Shown here in pieces: positions 59,522 to 64,000 of a DNA stretch of 64,000 nt. Below the pieces are notes generated by a model. It did not search any database. It saw only the letters and a list, made by a program, of their open reading frames with translations, and was not told the DNA's origin. Position 1 is the stretch's first letter. Each line of letters starts with the position of its first letter. The translations under genes were made by a program, and so were the position numbers. Source of the DNA: an uncultured Candidatus Saccharibacteria bacterium. Its GTDB lineage: Bacteria; Patescibacteriota; Saccharimonadia; Saccharimonadales; CAYVSP01. The stretch spans positions 1,623 to 65,622 of the forward strand of contig CAZOZI010000001.1 in the NCBI GenBank assembly GCA_964584265.1, given 5' to 3'.

Positions 59522-59560
59522 AACTGCTAGAATTACCCAGCTTCAAAATATGGAGACAGT

Positions 59561-59971
59561 ATGCCAACCGTAAGCCAGTTAGTTCGTAAGCCACGTCGTA
59601 AGGTGACCAGCAAAAGCAAGTCGCCGGCTTTGATGCGTATAACGAACAATCTAAAAACTCGCAACTACGAAAAGCCAGCCCCTTTCAAACGCGGAGTATG
59701 TATTAAAGTCACTACTAAAACTCCTAAGAAGCCTAACTCGGCACTTCGCAAAGTGGCTCGAGTCAGGCTGACTAATGGCCATGAAGTTTGGGCATATATT
59801 GGTGGTGAAGGTCACAACCTACAAGAACATGCTGTTGTGCTTGTCCGTGGTGGGCGTGTGCCAGATTTACCTGGTGTTCGTTATCACATTGTGCGTGGTT
59901 CCTTAGATCTTCAAGGTGTTCAAGACCGTAAGCGTGGACGTAGCCTTTATGGCACAAAGAAAGGCAAATAA
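59561..59971 (+). CDS. rpsL: 30S ribosomal protein S12
   Basis: [12 protein letters not shown]...[18 protein letters not shown]...[10 protein letters not shown]...[14 protein letters not shown]. Carries a ~13-aa insertion after PAL. Confidence 0.95.
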   Translation: MPTVSQLVRKPRRKVTSKSKSPALMRITNNLKTRNYEKPAPFKRGVCIKVTTKTPKKPNSALRKVARVRLTNGHEVWAYIGGEGHNLQEHAVVLVRGGRVPDLPGVRYHIVRGSLDLQGVQDRKRGRSLYGTKKGK

Positions 59972-59972
59972 T

Positions 59973-60239
59973 ATGAGTTTGGATGGTGCAGCAGTAAGTA
60001 ATCCCCAGAAACAAGTTGGTGAATTTACATGTTTAGGGGAAACCTGTCCTTTCTATCAGTTAGCAGACAGACACCATTTAGGCAGAGCCTATATATCTCC
60101 TAAATTCAGAAGAGAAGTTATTGAAAACTGTGTTGAAATTCAAGCTAGCTTAAAAAATAATCCTCATGTTGACGTACCGTGTGGCATGGCAGGTTTTATT
60201 GTTGATAAGGCTACACAAGGCCGAAGAGTGGTAATGTAA
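59973..60239 (+). CDS. small Cys4 hypothetical protein (88 aa) inserted between rpsL and rpsG
   Basis: ATG 2 nt after rpsL stop; stop overlaps rpsG ATG (ATGTAATG). CLGETCPFY ... NC ... NNPHVDVPCGMAG. AT-rich relative to flanks. Paralog-like to ORF 60721..61161. Confidence 0.45.
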   Translation: MSLDGAAVSNPQKQVGEFTCLGETCPFYQLADRHHLGRAYISPKFRREVIENCVEIQASLKNNPHVDVPCGMAGFIVDKATQGRRVVM

Positions 60240-60718
60240 TGCCTAGAAAAGTTACTAAATCACTAGTTCGTGATATTCAACCAGATCGTATTTATAATAG
60301 TGTGCAAGTACAACGGCTGATCAACCGAGTCATGTTGGATGGCAAAAAACAGTTGGCTGAACGTTTGGTCTACAACGGTATGCAAAAGGCCGCTGATAAG
60401 CTCAAGGTCAAGAATCCTCTTGAGGTGTTCGATCAAGCCTTCAAGAATGTCCAACCGCACATGGAAACACGTTCTCGCCGTGTTGGTGGGGCCAACTATC
60501 AGATTCCATTTGAGGTCAAAGGCCAACGCCAAAATCACCTGACAACCATGTGGTTTGTGCAATCGGCCCGGGCGCGCAAAGGCATGAGCATGGAAGAACG
60601 CATTGCAGCAGAGTTAGTTGAAGCTTTCAACAGCCAGGGTGCAGCCGTCAAGAAAAAAGAAGACACTCATAAAATGGCTGAGGCCAACCGCGCCTTCGCT
60701 CATTTCGCAAGGTACTAA
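60239..60718 (+). CDS. rpsG: 30S ribosomal protein S7
   Basis: 159 aa. MPRK...PDRIYNS...GKKQLAERLVY...RRVGGANYQIP. Confidence 0.95.
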   Translation: MPRKVTKSLVRDIQPDRIYNSVQVQRLINRVMLDGKKQLAERLVYNGMQKAADKLKVKNPLEVFDQAFKNVQPHMETRSRRVGGANYQIPFEVKGQRQNHLTTMWFVQSARARKGMSMEERIAAELVEAFNSQGAAVKKKEDTHKMAEANRAFAHFARY

Positions 60719-60720
60719 TT

Positions 60721-61161
60721 ATGGCTTTGGAAACTAGAGTTGAAGGCGTATGTGTATTCTGTCCTTACGATTCAGAATTGGGAGGCAGAACACAATTTGC
60801 AAAAAAACAATTAGAAGAAAATTTGGCAAAAAACCCTTGCGCATATGTTAAAGAAGGACTGTGTAGAGCAGCGCAATTAACTGTTGGGATGACAGCAGCC
60901 TCAAGTGCGCTCGAAAGAGCCCAGATAATAACGGATAAAAGAGAGCCCATTGATGTCTATATTGACCTTGAAAAACAGAATCTAAGACGTAGCTTTAGGC
61001 GTAAGTACCCAAACATAAGTGCTAGAGACCTTAACACTTTAGTAAATAATCAGTTTTATGGTCCAGCATTTAGTGCGTTTCTGGCAGATAATGGCGGTGA
61101 AGCTCAAACAGATGGTGCACTGACAGAAATGTTAAAACAAAACCTGCCAGAAGAGGTTTAA
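60721..61161 (+). CDS. small Cys4 hypothetical protein (146 aa) inserted between rpsG and fusA
   Basis: ATG 3 nt after rpsG stop, ends 8 nt before fusA ATG. CVFCPYD ... [12 protein letters not shown] ... GM. AT-rich. Shares Cx2-4CP[FY] ... L[AK][KN]NP ... C ... GM pattern with ORF 59973..60239. Confidence 0.5.
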   Translation: MALETRVEGVCVFCPYDSELGGRTQFAKKQLEENLAKNPCAYVKEGLCRAAQLTVGMTAASSALERAQIITDKREPIDVYIDLEKQNLRRSFRRKYPNISARDLNTLVNNQFYGPAFSAFLADNGGEAQTDGALTEMLKQNLPEEV

Positions 61162-61168
61162 AAAAAGT

Positions 61169-63256
61169 ATGGCTGAGAAGAAATACTCACTAGAGAAGTT
61201 CCGTAACATTGGCATTATTGCTCATATTGACGCTGGCAAAACTACTACAACCGAGGGCATTCTCTATCGTACCGGACTAAAGCACAAAATTGGTGCAGTT
61301 CATGAAGGCGAAACAACCACTGATTGGATGGCCCAGGAACGCGAACGCGGCATAACTATTACGAGTGCCGCGGTAACTTGCTACTGGAAAGAACATAAAA
61401 TCAACATAATTGATACACCTGGGCACATTGACTTTACGGTTGAAGTGGAACGTAGTTTACGTGTTCTCGATGGTGCCGTAACTGTCTTTGACGGCAAAAT
61501 GGGTGTGGAGAGTCAGTCCGAGACCGTCTGGCGTCAGGCCGATAAATATGGCGTGCCGCGTATCTGCTTTATCAACAAGATTAACCAAACGGGTGGTGAT
61601 TTTTACAAATCACTCGATTCGATTCACCAACGCCTCAGCAAACGCGCCTTACCTATCCACTTGCCAATCGGCTTTGAGCAGAGCGTCAGAGGTGTTGTCG
61701 ACCTGATTGCAATGAGAGCATACACCTACAAGGATTTTACCGATCATGAACTGGTTGAAGAAGATATCCCGGAAGATATGATGGAAGAGGTTAAAAGATA
61801 CCGCAGCCTCCTGATTGAAAATGCTGTTGCGGAAGATGAAAAAATTCTGGAAAAGTACTTTGAAGTCGGCGAGGAAGGGTTAAGTGAGGACGAGATCCGG
61901 GCCGCTATCCGCACGGCTGTACTAAGCGGTAAATTTTTTGCCGTAACTGGTGGTGATGGTCGCGGCGTCATAGTCGAGAAACTGCTCGACGCAATCAATG
62001 ACTTTCTGCCCAGCCCGATTGACCGCGGGTCAACCTGGGGCACCCATCCTAAAAGTGGGGACGAGATTGAACGCAAGCCATCAGAATCTGACCCATTTGC
62101 CGCCCTCGCTTTTAAAATTGCGACCGACCCATTCGTTGGTAAATTAGCGTTCTTCAGGGTCTATTCAGGTAAAGTTACAGCCGGTTCGTACATTTTAAAT
62201 AGCTCAAGTGGTGAAAAAGAACGTGTTGGTCGCATTGTTCGCATGCAGGCCGATAAGCGTGAAGACGTGACAGAGGTAACAGCTGGCGATATTGCGGCTA
62301 TCGTTGGTCTCAAGGGTACTACAACAGGTAACACGCTTTGCGACCCAAACAACTCAATTGTGCTTGAGAGTATTACTTTCCCAGAGCCCCCCGTCAGTAT
62401 CGCCATTGAGCCTAAAACTAAGAGTGACCAGGAAAAAATGTCGATTGCCATGCAGCGTCTGGCTGAAGAAGACCCGACGTTCCGAATCAAAGTTGATGAT
62501 GAGACCGGCCAAACCATCATCTCCGGCATGGGGGAGCTGCATCTAGAAATCATCGTCGATCGCATGAAGCGCGAGTTTACAGTAGAGGCCAATGTTGGCC
62601 AACCGCAGGTCGCCTACCGCGAAACCATCCGCAAAGACGGCGTTGAGGCTGAAGGCAAATACATCCGTCAAACCGGTGGACGAGGCCAATACGGCCACGT
62701 TTGGTTACGACTCAGCCAAAACGAAGCTGGCAAAGGCTTTGAATTCATCAACGCCATCAAAGGTGGCGTTGTCCCGCAGGAATACATCAAGCCGGTCGAA
62801 GAAGGCATAAAAGAAGCCATGAACAACGGTGTAATTGCCGGCTATCCGGTAGTAGATGTTCGGGCCGAGCTCTACGATGGCAGTTATCACGAAGTTGACT
62901 CCAGCGAAATGGCCTTCAAGATTGCCGGCTCCATGGCCTTGCAAGACGGTGTTAAGAAAGCAACCCCAGTGCTAATTGAGCCAATTATGAAAGTCGTGGT
63001 TATCACACCAGAAAGCTTTATGGGCGATGTTATCGGTGATTTAAACTCTAAACGTGGACGCATTGAGTCAATGGAAGATTTGCAAGCTGGTATAAAAGAA
63101 ATTACGGCCTTTGTGCCGCTCGGCGAAATGTTTGGCTACACCACAAATCTGCGTAGCATGACGCAAGGCCGCGCCAGCTCTAGTATGGAGCTTGATCACT
63201 ACTCAGATGTGCCAAATAACGTGGCCGAAGCCATAATTGCTAAGAATAGTAAATAG
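61169..63256 (+). CDS. fusA: elongation factor G
   Basis: [28 protein letters not shown]-domain motifs. 695 aa. Confidence 0.96.
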   Translation: MAEKKYSLEKFRNIGIIAHIDAGKTTTTEGILYRTGLKHKIGAVHEGETTTDWMAQERERGITITSAAVTCYWKEHKINIIDTPGHIDFTVEVERSLRVLDGAVTVFDGKMGVESQSETVWRQADKYGVPRICFINKINQTGGDFYKSLDSIHQRLSKRALPIHLPIGFEQSVRGVVDLIAMRAYTYKDFTDHELVEEDIPEDMMEEVKRYRSLLIENAVAEDEKILEKYFEVGEEGLSEDEIRAAIRTAVLSGKFFAVTGGDGRGVIVEKLLDAINDFLPSPIDRGSTWGTHPKSGDEIERKPSESDPFAALAFKIATDPFVGKLAFFRVYSGKVTAGSYILNSSSGEKERVGRIVRMQADKREDVTEVTAGDIAAIVGLKGTTTGNTLCDPNNSIVLESITFPEPPVSIAIEPKTKSDQEKMSIAMQRLAEEDPTFRIKVDDETGQTIISGMGELHLEIIVDRMKREFTVEANVGQPQVAYRETIRKDGVEAEGKYIRQTGGRGQYGHVWLRLSQNEAGKGFEFINAIKGGVVPQEYIKPVEEGIKEAMNNGVIAGYPVVDVRAELYDGSYHEVDSSEMAFKIAGSMALQDGVKKATPVLIEPIMKVVVITPESFMGDVIGDLNSKRGRIESMEDLQAGIKEITAFVPLGEMFGYTTNLRSMTQGRASSSMELDHYSDVPNNVAEAIIAKNSK

Positions 63257-63258
63257 AT

Positions 63259-63555
63259 ATGGTTATTAACCCTTTTGAATCAAGTCCAGCAAGTAATCAT
63301 GAGTCGGTCGATTACACTAGTGAGTTGCGCTTAAATGCCATCGAACTGGCAGTACATACCCTTGGAGCCGCGAAGCAAATACGTGATATTGGAGTCTCTA
63401 AGTGGCTCCGCGGCAGGGTCCTTACTATGGATTTTCCCGAATATACTCCACCGCAGTCTGTCCGAGTCGGTATTGGGATTGCTATAGGACTTGTAGTCGA
63501 GGCAGGCCAGAAGACCGGCGAGGTTGGCAAACGCTTTACAAACTTCTTAAGATAA
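63259..63555 (+). CDS. small hypothetical protein (98 aa) between fusA and tuf
   Basis: ATG 3 nt after fusA stop. One hydrophobic segment (VGIGIAIGLVV). 83-nt gap then tuf RBS. Confidence 0.35.
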   Translation: MVINPFESSPASNHESVDYTSELRLNAIELAVHTLGAAKQIRDIGVSKWLRGRVLTMDFPEYTPPQSVRVGIGIAIGLVVEAGQKTGEVGKRFTNFLR

Positions 63556-63638
63556 TGTAATATTCTTCGGTAACTCGTGTGGGTTAGTTATTCTCATGCG
63601 AAAACATTTGTATAAGTCAGCAATTCTAAGGAGATAAT

Positions 63639-64000
63639 ATGGCAGATTTTGATCGCAGTAAGCCGCACATTAACGTTGGTACTATGGGACATGTTGACCA
63701 CGGTAAAACAACGCTTACCGCCGCTATTACACACGTATTGGCTAAGAAACTACCAAGCGATGTTAACAAGCCGGTTAAATACGATGAAATTGACAAGGCT
63801 CCAGAAGAAAAGGCTCGTGGCATTACGATTGCAACCTCTCACCAGGAATATGAGAGTGAAAAACGCCACTATGCGCACGTCGATATGCCGGGCCATGCTG
63901 ACTACGTCAAAAACATGATTACCGGTGCCGCACAAGTTGACGGCGCCATTTTGGTGGTTTCGGCCGCCGATGGTCCCATGCCCCAGACTCGTGAACATGT
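63639..64000 (+). CDS. tuf: elongation factor Tu (N-terminal part; 3' end outside window)
   Basis: AAGGAG RBS 63628-63633. [35 protein letters not shown] runs off the window. Confidence 0.95.
   Translation, partial: MADFDRSKPHINVGTMGHVDHGKTTLTAAITHVLAKKLPSDVNKPVKYDEIDKAPEEKARGITIATSHQEYESEKRHYAHVDMPGHADYVKNMITGAAQVDGAILVVSAADGPMPQTREH

Noticed and set aside
62161-62592. Long antisense ORFs inside fusA (and similar ones inside clpC 31719-32135, tkt 919-1273, pepN, rpoC, dnaE)
   Set aside because: They lie entirely antisense to strongly conserved housekeeping genes. Their composition is that of mirror-strand ORFs. No RBS or independent evidence.
1-64000. Alternative genetic code (UGA recoding, as in some CPR lineages)
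   Set aside because: TGA terminates many well-defined genes at the expected length (for example rpe at 489-491, the 415-aa ORF at 5973-5975). Standard code 11 fits.
1-64000. CRISPR arrays, rRNA genes, IS elements or integrases
   Set aside because: No regularly spaced direct repeats, no rRNA-like conserved stretches, and no transposase or integrase-like ORFs were seen on either strand.

Overview
The window reads as a gene-dense, mostly co-directional stretch of a reduced bacterial genome. TGA is used as a stop codon throughout, GC is mid-range, and there are no rRNA genes or CRISPR arrays. I infer a Patescibacteria/CPR-type organism, possibly Saccharibacteria-like. The basis is a split transketolase, a type IV pilus ATPase and pilin, a short-form malic enzyme, gatCAB, and no biosynthetic clusters.

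Housekeeping content, in order: rpe (partial), tkt-N, tkt-C, a class II FBP aldolase, a PfkB kinase, a LOG/TIGR00725-like protein, a type IV pilin, uvrB, gatC-gatA-(inserted membrane ORF)-gatB, a DUF948-like/YtxH pair, dnaE, a CAP-domain membrane protein, a SpoU methyltransferase, a PilB/GspE ATPase, malic enzyme, rplS, rnhB, yraN, pepN, nusA, clpC, radA, PBP1A, tyrS, a SAM methyltransferase, recG, a zinc phospholipase-C-like protein, rsmD, tRNA-Leu(UAG), a large HIGH-motif protein, a HIT protein, hisS, tig, clpP, rpoB, rpoC, rpsL, rpsG, fusA and tuf (partial).

Observations I rank highest:
1. Two paralogous small Cys4 ORFs are inserted precisely into the otherwise invariant str operon: rpsL-[X]-rpsG-[Y]-fusA-[Z]-tuf.
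2. Perfect HrcA/CIRCE operators (TTAGCACTC-N9-GAGTGCTAA) sit over the promoters of clpC and clpP rather than chaperone genes.
3. A tRNA-Leu is followed by a terminator and then an operon of a 685-aa protein carrying a class-I-aaRS-like HIGH signature, a HIT hydrolase and hisS.
4. The TyrRS has its HIGH motif replaced by TVGN.
5. The RNA polymerase beta-prime subunit lacks all cysteines of both canonical zinc sites.
6. The nusA leader carries a consensus-like promoter immediately followed by a terminator-like hairpin.

Several unexplained hypothetical proteins remain: 376 aa, 415 aa, 221 aa, 175 aa, 199 aa and 254 aa.
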